DNA of 64,000 nucleotides from Caulobacteraceae bacterium (GCA_036501825.1 DASXZP010000009.1:6923-70922); one strand, 5' to 3'. Counted from the stretch's first letter, positions 55,661 to 63,712 are shown. Notes: generated by a model from the sequence alone, not told the origin. Translations and numbers: made by a program.

Positions 55661-57967
55661 TCAGGGCAGGGGCTTGGTCGGGACCGAGATGGTGCTGTCG
55701 CCCAGCAGGGTGATTTCGAGGGGCGCGCCGGCGTCCCTGATCGTCTCGTCCGCCACGGGTTTGCCCGTGCCGTAGTTGATCTCGTTGATGGGCGTCTTCA
55801 TCGCTTCCACCAGGACCAGCAGACGGCTGCCTTTCTGGAAGCGCCGGCTGGTGAACAGGCTGGCCTGGACGTTCAGGCGCTTGGCGACGCCGGGGGCGAA
55901 CAGGTCGCGCCGGGTCGGATCGTTGATCTGGCTCGCGCGCAGGAAGTCGTAGGACAGCTGGACGTATTTGTGGTCAGGCGTGACTTCGTAGAAGGCGATC
56001 TCGAAGTCGAAGTCTTTCTTGTTGGTCACGACATCGAGGTCGGCCTGGAACAGGCCGCTGAACTCGAACGCATGGTCGAAGGGCGAGCTTTCGAAGGCGA
56101 TAGCGTCCTTCAGGTCGATGACATCGTCGATCAGGCCGCCGCCGACGGGCGTCCGGTCCGCATCCGACCGGTCCGCAAGGTCGACCCTTAAGGTCGCCGC
56201 TTTGGCGCGCGCGCCTGGACCGGGCGCCAGGCTGAACATGTCGCCGTCGCGGATCTCAGTCGGATGGAAGGTCAGGATCTGGGGTCCCATGGACGCCAGT
56301 GTCGGCACGTGGCGCCAGACGTTTTCGCCCATGACCTCGTAGTTCACCCGGTCCTGCAGGATCGCGGGCATGGGCGCGCCCTTGAGGACGTGGTCGAACC
56401 ACTGGTAGCGCAGCGCGCCGAGGTCGATGTGCGCCGCCGCGTCGAAGGCCATGCCGTCCACCTCGTTGACCTCATCGCCCAGGACGTCGATCGTGCCGCG
56501 ATTGCCCAGGGTGTGGTTGTAGGGGCCGAGCACCAGATAGTGCGGCGCGTCCGGTCGCCGCTTCAGCTGTTCGGTGAGGTAGTGCACCGCGCCGTCGCCC
56601 GAGCCTTCGAAATAACCGGTGGTGGTCAGGATCGGAACGTCGATCGAGGCGAACTGATCGCCGAAGGGCACGAGGCCCTGCCAGAACGCATCGTACGTCG
56701 GATGATCGAGAAAGTGGGCGAAGGACGGATTGGGCGCGCCGTCGATCTGCGGCAGCGAACGATAGGCGGCGCCGGAGCGATAGTAGGCGTTGAACAGCCT
56801 GTTCCACCGTGCGCGGTCGCCGTAGGTTTCAGCGTCCAGGGTCTTGTTGTCGGTGGTGTAGAACGGCCAGCTGTAGCCGAAGTTCAGGAACACGCCGCGG
56901 TCCATCGGACTGTCCATGCCCGGACCGGCGTCGACCGAATCCATCATGGCGACCAGCGCCTTGGGGTGATGCTTGGCGATAGCCCATTGGGTGAAGCCGT
57001 CGTAGCTCGCGCCATAGGTCGCGACGCGCCCGTCGCTCCACGGCTGGCGTGCGATCCAGTCCACCAGCGCCGCGCCGTCTTGGCCATCGTGTTCGTAGGG
57101 GATGATGGCGCCGGTTCCGCAGCCCTTGCCGCGCGACAGGCCGGTCACGCCGACATAGCCGTTCGAGGCGGAACGCCGCTCCTCGCTGAAATTCACCGCG
57201 TCGTCGGCGTAGATGGTGAACTCCATCAGCGCCGGCAGTTTCACCGCCATCTTCGGCCGCACGATCTGCACGCAGACGCTCGCGCCGTCGCCGACGGGAA
57301 GGGTGGTTTGTTCGATGACATAGCGGCGCCGGTCGTCCTGGTCGACGAGCGCGGGCGCCAGCGGCGCGAAGGCGCGGTAGGCGCTTTCCACCTGATAGGC
57401 GCGTACGAGGGCGAGCGCGTCCGCGTCGCTCAGGGATGTCTTGGCTCGTGCAGCGTGCAGCGCCCCCGCCAGCGTCTCGCGCATGGGGACATGCAGGCTG
57501 ATGCCCACCGGATAGCGGTCGGCCGCGATGGCGCGCGACACCAGGGCGGAGGTGCGATCGTCCAACGCATCCATCGTGGCGTGGAAGGCGCGGGTGAAGG
57601 CTTCGGGGAAGGCCACATGGTCGCGCGCCTCGATCAAGCGCGCCTCGACCAGGATGCGGTACTGCAGGTTCAGGGCCTTGGCCTGGGGGTGGCCGGCGGC
57701 GACGTCGACGTCGTGCAGCGCCTGCAACGACCGCTCCGCATCCGCCCAGCGTCCCGCGACCATCTGGAGGCGAAAGCGCGTGTCGAGGTCGGCGCGCCGG
57801 TCGTCGTTGTGGAACGTCGCGAGCACCGCCTCGGCGAGCTTCGGCATGGCGGCGTCGAGCGCCGGGCGGTCGTCTGCGGCGGGCGCGGTAAACGGGACAT
57901 CGGCGCGCGCTCCATGGGCTAGGCCCAGAACAAACGCGGCGGCCGCCGCAAGCAACACGCTCCGCAT
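55661..57967 (-). CDS. CocE/NonD-family (S15) X-Pro dipeptidyl-peptidase-like hydrolase with an extra N-terminal helical domain
   Basis: Sec signal MRSVLLAAAAAFVLGLAHGARA; nucleophile motif RVATYGASYDGFTQW (G-x-S-Y-x-G); large C-terminal beta domain. The ORF is open upstream to 58240, but the ATG at 57967 fits the signal peptide. Confidence 0.8.
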   Translation of the reverse strand: MRSVLLAAAAAFVLGLAHGARADVPFTAPAADDRPALDAAMPKLAEAVLATFHNDDRRADLDTRFRLQMVAGRWADAERSLQALHDVDVAAGHPQAKALNLQYRILVEARLIEARDHVAFPEAFTRAFHATMDALDDRTSALVSRAIAADRYPVGISLHVPMRETLAGALHAARAKTSLSDADALALVRAYQVESAYRAFAPLAPALVDQDDRRRYVIEQTTLPVGDGASVCVQIVRPKMAVKLPALMEFTIYADDAVNFSEERRSASNGYVGVTGLSRGKGCGTGAIIPYEHDGQDGAALVDWIARQPWSDGRVATYGASYDGFTQWAIAKHHPKALVAMMDSVDAGPGMDSPMDRGVFLNFGYSWPFYTTDNKTLDAETYGDRARWNRLFNAYYRSGAAYRSLPQIDGAPNPSFAHFLDHPTYDAFWQGLVPFGDQFASIDVPILTTTGYFEGSGDGAVHYLTEQLKRRPDAPHYLVLGPYNHTLGNRGTIDVLGDEVNEVDGMAFDAAAHIDLGALRYQWFDHVLKGAPMPAILQDRVNYEVMGENVWRHVPTLASMGPQILTFHPTEIRDGDMFSLAPGPGARAKAATLRVDLADRSDADRTPVGGGLIDDVIDLKDAIAFESSPFDHAFEFSGLFQADLDVVTNKKDFDFEIAFYEVTPDHKYVQLSYDFLRASQINDPTRRDLFAPGVAKRLNVQASLFTSRRFQKGSRLLVLVEAMKTPINEINYGTGKPVADETIRDAGAPLEITLLGDSTISVPTKPLP

Positions 57968-58144
57968 CACGCCCCCCAGACTTCCGTGAACACGCGAGCG
58001 AAGTTGCCGCCGATCCGCTTTTCGATGCGCGTGCTCGACCAGCCGCGTTGGGCCGGGTCCTGACCCAGGGCCGGTGGCCGCGGTCCCGGCGAGCAAGCCC
58101 GGCAGGGTGCGCCGGTCAGTCGCTGCAATTACCTTCGAATCCAC
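57967..58144 (-). pseudogene. Remnant of an M19 (renal-type) membrane dipeptidase: leader peptide plus the last ~33 codons
   Basis: GAGGGAG Shine-Dalgarno sequence plus GTG at 58144, then VDSKVIAATDRRTLPGLLAGTAATG (twin-Arg-like leader). In a different frame the sequence reads ...LGQDPAQRGWSSTRIEKRIGGNFARVFTEVWGA-stop. This matches the conserved M19 C-terminus (L..RGYS...I.KI.GGNF.RV...V). Its TGA overlaps the S15 ATG at 57967. Confidence 0.45.
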
Positions 58145-58345
58145 GGTGCTCCCTCTCGGACCGGCCTCGTCGAGCGTGAGGATAGGGCCCTTTCCCACGG
58201 ATAGCGCAAAAGACGAACATTGGCGTTGCAAGCGGGGCAACGCCTACGATCGCAGCCCTGCCGACCTCGGAAAGCGTCCGCGCCGCTTCCGCTTCGGGGA
58301 AAGCGCTTCTATATCGGGCGGCTCCCCTCGAACCTTTGGACGTCC

Positions 58346-60061
58346 ATGGCCCGCATTCTTGTCACCTCGGCGCTGCCCTACATCAACGGCATCAAGCACC
58401 TGGGGAACCTGGCGGGCTCGATGCTGCCGGCGGACGTCTATGCCCGGTTCCAGCGGGCGCGGGGCCATGAGGTGCTCTACATCTGCGCCACCGACGAGCA
58501 TGGCACCCCGGCGGAGCTGGCGGCCGCGGCGGCGGGGCAGGACGTTCGGACCTACTGCGACGAGCAGCACCTGATCCAGAAGACCGCGGGCGAGGCCTTC
58601 GGTCTGTCCTACGACTATTTCGGCCGCTCCTCGAACCCGCCGAACCACCGCCTGACCCAGGCCTTCGCCGAGACGCTCGAGGCCAACGGGCTGATCGAAG
58701 AGCGGCTCGATCAGATGATCTATTCGATCGACGACAAGCGGTTCCTGCCCGACCGCTACGTCGAGGGGACCTGCCCGCACTGCGCCTATCCCAAGGCGCG
58801 GGGCGATCAGTGCGACAACTGCGGGCGGTTGTTAGATCCGGTCGATCTGATCGATCCGCATTCGACGGTGTCGGGTTCGAAGAACCTGGAGGTGCGCGAC
58901 ACGCGTCACCTCTATCTCCTGCAGACCAAGGTCGAGCAGAAGCTGCGCGACTGGCTGACCTCGAAGACCGACTTTCCGTCGCTGGCGCGCTCGATCGCGA
59001 TGAAGCATCTCGACGAGGGCCTGATCGACCGCGGCATCACGCGCGATCTGGTCTGGGGCATTCCGGTGGTGAAGGACGGCTTTCCGCGCCCCGGGTTCGA
59101 GGACAAGGTTTTCTACGTCTGGTTCGACGCGCCGATCGAATACATCGGCGCCACGGTCGAGTGGTCGGAGAAGTCGGGCGAGGACTGGCAGCGCTGGTGG
59201 CGCCTCGACAAGGGCGCGGGCGACGTCCGCTACGTGCAGGTGATGGGCAAGGACAACGTCGCCTTCCACACGGTCAGTTTCCCCGCGACGATCCTGGGCT
59301 CCGGCGAGCCGTGGAAGATGGTCGACGTGCTGAAGGCGTTCAACTGGCTGAACTGGTATGGCGGCAAGTTCTCGACCTCGCAGAACCGCGGCGTCTTCAT
59401 GGACCAGGCGCTGGACCTGTTGCCGGCCGACTACTGGCGCTGGTGGCTGACCGCGAATGCGCCGGAGGGGTCGGACACCGCGTTCACCTGGGAGCTGTTC
59501 CAGACCACGGTGAACAAAGACCTCGCCGACATCTTGGGCAACTTCGTCAACCGCATCCTGAAGTTCTGCGAAACGCGCTGCGGCGCCGTCGTGCCGGAAG
59601 GCGGCGAACCGGGCGAGCTCGAACGCAAGCTCTACGCGGAGCTGTCGGACGCCCTGACCGAAGCGACCGAACAGTTCGAGGCGATGGAGTACCGCAAGGC
59701 CGCCCAGGCGGTGCGCCGCATCTGGGTGATCGGCAACGAGTACCTGACCGAAGCGGCGCCCTGGACCGCCATCAAGACCGACCCGGCGCGCGGCGCGATG
59801 ATCGTGCGCACGGGCCTGAACCTGGTGGCGCTGTTTGCGGCCATCAGTCAGCCGATCATTCCGTTCGCCTCGGCGACGATCGCGGGATCGGTGGGCCTGA
59901 CCACGCCGCTGGACTGGCCGTCGGCGGATGCGGAAAAGGAACTGAACCGCCTGACGCTCGGCGCTGCGATCACGGTGCCCGCGGTGTTGTTCAAGAAGAT
60001 CGAAGACGAACAGGTCGCCGAATGGACCGAACGCTTCGGCGGCTCCGAAGCGGCGGCGTAG
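58346..60061 (+). CDS. metG: Methionine--tRNA ligase
   Basis: [24 protein letters not shown] (HIGH-type motif); zinc knuckle [18 protein letters not shown]; KFSTSQ (KMSKS-type motif). Confidence 0.95.
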   Translation: MARILVTSALPYINGIKHLGNLAGSMLPADVYARFQRARGHEVLYICATDEHGTPAELAAAAAGQDVRTYCDEQHLIQKTAGEAFGLSYDYFGRSSNPPNHRLTQAFAETLEANGLIEERLDQMIYSIDDKRFLPDRYVEGTCPHCAYPKARGDQCDNCGRLLDPVDLIDPHSTVSGSKNLEVRDTRHLYLLQTKVEQKLRDWLTSKTDFPSLARSIAMKHLDEGLIDRGITRDLVWGIPVVKDGFPRPGFEDKVFYVWFDAPIEYIGATVEWSEKSGEDWQRWWRLDKGAGDVRYVQVMGKDNVAFHTVSFPATILGSGEPWKMVDVLKAFNWLNWYGGKFSTSQNRGVFMDQALDLLPADYWRWWLTANAPEGSDTAFTWELFQTTVNKDLADILGNFVNRILKFCETRCGAVVPEGGEPGELERKLYAELSDALTEATEQFEAMEYRKAAQAVRRIWVIGNEYLTEAAPWTAIKTDPARGAMIVRTGLNLVALFAAISQPIIPFASATIAGSVGLTTPLDWPSADAEKELNRLTLGAAITVPAVLFKKIEDEQVAEWTERFGGSEAAA

Positions 60062-60718
60062 TTACGCCCGGAGCGGCTCTCTGCGCTGTTGCTTGCGGCC
60101 GGCCAGCATCACCAGGATGACGATGGCGATGAGCGCGATGCCGCCGATCAGCCACATGCCGGGCGAGAGGGTGAGGCCCTTGAAGCCGGCGGTCTGGGTC
60201 GCGGGCGTGCTGTGGGTTGCGGGCGCGGGCGGCGCGGCCTGAGCCATGGTGGTCGGGGCGGGCGTTATGACCGGGGCCGGGGTCGTCGCGCCGGAGACCG
60301 TGACCGCATTGGTGGCGACGGTGGTCGCGGCGGGACCGCCGGCAAGCCGGGTGTGGTGACGCGCATGGGCGACGCGCAGGCGCAGCGCCGGATTGGCGAC
60401 CGGATAGTTGGAGATGCGCAGGAACATGCGGCCCGTGGCGGGGTCGCGAACATGCACGGCCATCAGGCCCGGCGGCAGGCTCGCGACATAGGCGTCGTCG
60501 TTGGCCTGAGCCTGGGCGGCGACCGCGTCCGCAGCGGTGGCGGTGTCGGTCGAGGCGGCGGGGGCCGCGTCAGGGGCTGCGCCCATCAGGGCCGGCTGCT
60601 CAGGGGGCGGGGGCGGGGCGACGGAGGCCTGCTGGTCGACCTGCTTCATGCAGCCGCCGAGGAGCGCGGCGGCGCCAAGCGCGATAAGGGCAAATCGGGA
60701 GATCGAACGTCCAGCCAT
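60062..60718 (-). CDS. Hypothetical Ala/Pro/Thr-rich lipoprotein with a C-terminal TM anchor
   Basis: Lipobox ALLGGC; a low-complexity A/P/T region; C-terminal helix MWLIGGIALIAIVILVMLAG followed by RKQQRR. Its stop abuts the metG stop. Confidence 0.5.
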   Translation of the reverse strand: MAGRSISRFALIALGAAALLGGCMKQVDQQASVAPPPPPEQPALMGAAPDAAPAASTDTATAADAVAAQAQANDDAYVASLPPGLMAVHVRDPATGRMFLRISNYPVANPALRLRVAHARHHTRLAGGPAATTVATNAVTVSGATTPAPVITPAPTTMAQAAPPAPATHSTPATQTAGFKGLTLSPGMWLIGGIALIAIVILVMLAGRKQQRREPLRA

Positions 60719-60800
60719 GGCGCAATCCCTCCAGGAGGCCGTTAACCTTTACCAGAGGGGTTTGGAGGGGGGAAGGCCGGGGGGACGGACGGCATTGCCG

Positions 60801-60944
60801 CCCTACTGCGCGCCTGCGGCGCTTCGAAGGGCAATCCTACTTCGAATGTTGGCCACAGCCCTTGTCCTGCGAAGCTCCGCAGGAGCGAAGCAGGATTGGA
60901 GCGGGTAGTCGGGATCGAACCGGCATCCTCAGCTTGGAAGGCTG
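60801..60944 (-). repeat. Direct-repeat copy A: 48-bp 3' half of tRNA-Gly (60897..60944, perfect) plus ~95 nt of diverged tRNA-downstream hairpin sequence
   Basis: 60897-60944 is identical to 63665-63712 (tRNA-Gly from the anticodon stem to CCA). 60801-60896 aligns by eye with 63572-63664 at roughly 70-75 percent. Confidence 0.85.
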
Positions 60945-61162
60945 GGTAATATTAAATATTTTCAATAGATTAACCCCCAAACGTCCCCATTTCGGCCCAA
61001 AATGACCCAATCTCGCGATGGAGGCCGAGTTGTCGCGCGAGATCGGCCACGTCGTCTGCGCTGGCTTCGGTCTGGATACCGCGCTGGCGCCAATAGTTAG
61101 CGCACCGCCGCGCCACACCCCCGACGGCTGCTCAGGATCGCCCTGGTCGAATTTCCATCCGC

Positions 61163-62347
61163 TCAGACCAGGTCGCGTGGCCGAATCGTCGTTTCGATGG
61201 TCCGATCTCCGCGCCGAATGGTCAGTATGGCCTGCTGCATGTGCTGAAGGTCTTCGCGCAGCGCGGACAGAGTGAAGTCCATGGCCGGCTTTCCATCGAT
61301 GGCGACAAGGATGTCGCCCTTCTGCAATCCCGCCTCCGAAGCGGGCGACGCGTCAGCCACGGCATCCACCAAGAAGGTCCTGAAATCGTCACCCGACGAG
61401 GTCAAGGACAGGCCGGTCCGGTTGTACGGAATCGGAGCGCTGAACTGGGCGTTAGGTTCGAGGTAGATGCGATTGTGCGGGTAGTCGATTACGACGCGAA
61501 ACTTCTCGAGGATAGCAGCTCCGATATTCCCCTGTTGATCGGCGGCGCCGAAGGGACCTTGGACCGTGCGGGCGAACACCGTCAACGGCCTCGCGATCTC
61601 AAAGCGTCCGAGCCGGAAGGCGCGCACCCGGCCGACGACCCCGTCGACGCCGCCGCCAAACGCACGACCTTCGATCCAGGGCAGAGTGCGGCGCCCCGAT
61701 TGCAGATAGTGCTGCGCGTCCACGAATGGTGTGTTCAGGATCAAGGCCGCGCCGTTGCCGATGTCGAGCACAAAATCCCCCGTTGCCGTGCGCCCGTCGT
61801 CGTCGACGACCTCGCCGTGCACCATGGGATGTCCCGAGGTATTGAAGGTAATGGGAAAGCTCTCGCCGCCGCGGTCGTAGTGATAGGTGTCTTTGTCATG
61901 CAGCGTGACGGTCTGCGACGCGTAGTTGATCTCCACGATGAATTGCGAAATAAAATCGTAACCGAGCACGCCCGCAAACTCATGGCCGCTGATCTTCGCC
62001 AAGTCTCCTAACGGCGCGGCAATGAACAGCGGTTGCGAGAAATTCCCCACCTCTGGAACGGTAAAGGACGTCCCCTTCACCAAGGCGCCCATGACTGTCT
62101 TGTCGCCGCCCCCGCCGATTGGGATGGGGTCACCCAGCGCCACGCCGAGCTTCTGCGCCGTCGGGAGATCGATGACCGCGTACTTGTCTCCCGTGTCCAG
62201 CACGAACCACAATGGCCTCCGGGCGACCACGACGCGAATGTAGAGCGTCTTATTTGCCAACTCGACCGACGCGCGAGCGTCAGCTAGCGTCAGGGATGGC
62301 GCGAACAGGCAAATGACTGTTAGGGCGGCGCACAAAAGGATTTTCAT
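61163..62347 (-). CDS. Secreted aspartic protease with two retropepsin-like lobes and a C-terminal PDZ domain
   Basis: Signal peptide MKILLCAALTVICLFAPSLTLADA. Lobe 1: FVLDTGDKYAVID ... GVLGYDFISQFIVEINY. Lobe 2: FVLDIGNGAALIL ... GNIGAAILEKFRVVIDY. PDZ: VADASPASEAGLQKGDILVAIDGKP. Confidence 0.75.
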   Translation of the reverse strand: MKILLCAALTVICLFAPSLTLADARASVELANKTLYIRVVVARRPLWFVLDTGDKYAVIDLPTAQKLGVALGDPIPIGGGGDKTVMGALVKGTSFTVPEVGNFSQPLFIAAPLGDLAKISGHEFAGVLGYDFISQFIVEINYASQTVTLHDKDTYHYDRGGESFPITFNTSGHPMVHGEVVDDDGRTATGDFVLDIGNGAALILNTPFVDAQHYLQSGRRTLPWIEGRAFGGGVDGVVGRVRAFRLGRFEIARPLTVFARTVQGPFGAADQQGNIGAAILEKFRVVIDYPHNRIYLEPNAQFSAPIPYNRTGLSLTSSGDDFRTFLVDAVADASPASEAGLQKGDILVAIDGKPAMDFTLSALREDLQHMQQAILTIRRGDRTIETTIRPRDLV

Positions 62348-62373
62348 GCTCTGACTCCTCGATCTTTGCCTAA

Positions 62374-62400
62374 TTACGTCGGGGCGCCCAGAAAGTTACG
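62374..62400 (-). promoter_or_regulatory. ECF-type promoter candidate upstream of the PDZ-aspartic protease gene
   Basis: The minus strand reads CGTAACTTTC-N12-CGTAA. The -10 element lies 27 nt before the ATG at 62347. The motif and spacing are identical to 63378..63404. Confidence 0.5.
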
Positions 62401-62414
62401 GAAAGGCGGCCGCC

Positions 62415-62855
62415 TCATCCCAGAATGTGGATGCGGATGCGTCGTGATACCGCAAAATAGTAAGCCCATAGGGCCGCGGATGCCGCCGCCAGAGCGAGCA
62501 CCGTCGTCATCTGGCCCGGCAACGCAAGCCAGTGTACGCGAAACACGCCTTTGCCAATCTCGAAACTGAAGCCGAGCGAAATCGCGTTCAGGGTCAGAGT
62601 CGAACCGACGGCAATGAGTATTTTCTGTTTCAGCAGTTCGCGCTTGGTGCGTTTTAGCGCCGCGCGCTCCAAGCCCGCTTCCGGGGGCGCCGCGTCCGAG
62701 AGACTGGAAAGGACCTTCGACGTTTCAGCGACCTCGATTGCGAACGATGGGTCGTCCCGCAGATAGTCTTCGACGAGGTTGCACGTGGCGGGGGTGGCCT
62801 CCCCGGAGAGGTAAACGGGCAGAAGATCCTTGATCACGTCCTTGGTGATATTCAT
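62415..62855 (-). CDS. Putative membrane anti-sigma factor (degenerate zf-HC2-like N-terminus, two TM helices)
   Basis: ATGA overlap with the ECF sigma stop. The N-terminus ITKDVIKDLLPVYLSGEATPATCNLVEDYLRDDP resembles the anti-sigma pattern (..LL..YLDGEL......VE.HL..C) but lacks the usual His/Cys ligands. Confidence 0.55.
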   Translation of the reverse strand: MNITKDVIKDLLPVYLSGEATPATCNLVEDYLRDDPSFAIEVAETSKVLSSLSDAAPPEAGLERAALKRTKRELLKQKILIAVGSTLTLNAISLGFSFEIGKGVFRVHWLALPGQMTTVLALAAASAALWAYYFAVSRRIRIHILG

Positions 62856-63358
62856 GGCGTTTCCAATCCGGAACGGCGGGCGTCGACCAGTCGGGTCGAG
62901 CGCACAAGTTTGAGCCGCGCGCGGTGTATCCGCACCTTGATCACGGCGACCGTCAGGCCTAACGCGCGCGCAATTTCTTGATAAGACATCTGTTCCTGCG
63001 CCCGCATGAGCAACGCGGCGCGGTCGATTTCTGTGAGTTTCTGGATCTCTGCCATGACGAGGCCGAGTTGGGAGCGGTCCTCGGCGCGTGATTCAGCGGA
63101 GGCGCTCTCGTCGGGTATACTTTCGTCCAGTACGGCGTGGCGCCGCGCGCGGCGTAAGGTGTCGCGATACAGGTTTCGCGCGATGGTGAACAAATAGGCC
63201 TTCACGGTCTCTGCGCGCAGGGGCCCCGGCGCCGTCCACGCGCGTACGAACGTCTCCGAAGTGATGTCGTCAGCGATGGCCGGGTCGCCGGAGAGATAGA
63301 GGGCGAACCTCCGCACGTCCGGAGCATACCGCTCATAGAGGACCTGAAATTCCGTCAT
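62852..63358 (-). CDS. ECF (group 4) sigma factor
   Basis: Region 2 (YAPDVRRFALYLSGDPAIADDITSETFVRAW...YLFTIARNLYRDTLRR) and region 4 (LTEIDRAALLMRAQEQMSYQEIARALGLTVAVIKVRIHRARLKL). Confidence 0.85.
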   Translation of the reverse strand: MTEFQVLYERYAPDVRRFALYLSGDPAIADDITSETFVRAWTAPGPLRAETVKAYLFTIARNLYRDTLRRARRHAVLDESIPDESASAESRAEDRSQLGLVMAEIQKLTEIDRAALLMRAQEQMSYQEIARALGLTVAVIKVRIHRARLKLVRSTRLVDARRSGLETP

Positions 63359-63377
63359 TCGCCCCGTGCCGCGTACC

Positions 63378-63404
63378 TTACGCCGCTCAGACGCGAAAGT
63401 TACG
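63378..63404 (-). promoter_or_regulatory. ECF-type (autoregulatory) promoter candidate upstream of the sigma/anti-sigma operon
   Basis: The minus strand reads CGTAACTTTC-N12-CGTAA, 20 nt upstream of the ATG at 63358. The AAC...CGT spacing of 16 nt is typical of ECF promoters. Confidence 0.5.
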
Positions 63405-63571
63405 TGGGGGGTCTTTTTGGCGTTCGACGACCTTTATGGAGCAAAGAGGCCCAAGCGGCCGCGATTTCGCTCGTCAACGAAACGCGTGAGCTCCTGGCTG
63501 GCATCCGCGCTCAGCAGGACCGCAGGCCACACTGAACTCGTGGGCCGTGCCGCGAAAGGGAGACGAAGCAG

Positions 63572-63712
63572 CCCTACTTCGCTCCTCTGGAGCTTCGAAG
63601 GGTATCCCACTGCGACTTAGAGGGTGGGGCTTGTCCTACGAAGCTCTGCAGGAGCGAAGTAGGATGGAGCGGGTAGTCGGGATCGAACCGGCATCCTCAG
63701 CTTGGAAGGCTG
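63572..63712 (-). repeat. Direct-repeat copy B: 3' 48 nt of the intact tRNA-Gly plus its downstream hairpin region
   Basis: Counterpart of 60801..60944. It contains a 29-nt inverted repeat (63573-63601 and 63635-63663; 25 of 29 positions can pair, counted by hand). Confidence 0.85.

Larger units (their letters stand above)
60945..63664 (-). mobile_element. Putative integrase-less genomic islet (remnant) inserted at tRNA-Gly
   Basis: It is bounded by the intact tRNA-Gly and the 48-bp repeat of its 3' half. An AT-rich junction lies at 60945-60990. The three cargo genes use visibly more A/T-ending codons than their neighbours. No recombinase gene is present. Confidence 0.4.

Noticed and set aside
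58074-58574. The plus-strand 166-aa ORF spanning the metG upstream region and 5' end.
   Set aside because: It overlaps metG out of frame and has Arg/Ser/Pro-rich composition. The region is better explained by the minus-strand dipeptidase remnant and the metG leader.
60837-61275. Track ORFs 60837..61118 (-) and 61018..61275 (+) at the islet junction, considered as a possible integrase or excisionase.
   Set aside because: They overlap each other and the tRNA-derived repeat. Neither shows tyrosine or serine recombinase or AlpA-like motifs in any frame I translated. They are kept only as a region to search (see findings).
63366-63620. An 84-aa plus-strand ORF between the ECF sigma gene and tRNA-Gly.
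   Set aside because: It has basic low-complexity composition and spans the predicted ECF promoter and the tRNA-downstream hairpin. No motif supports it.
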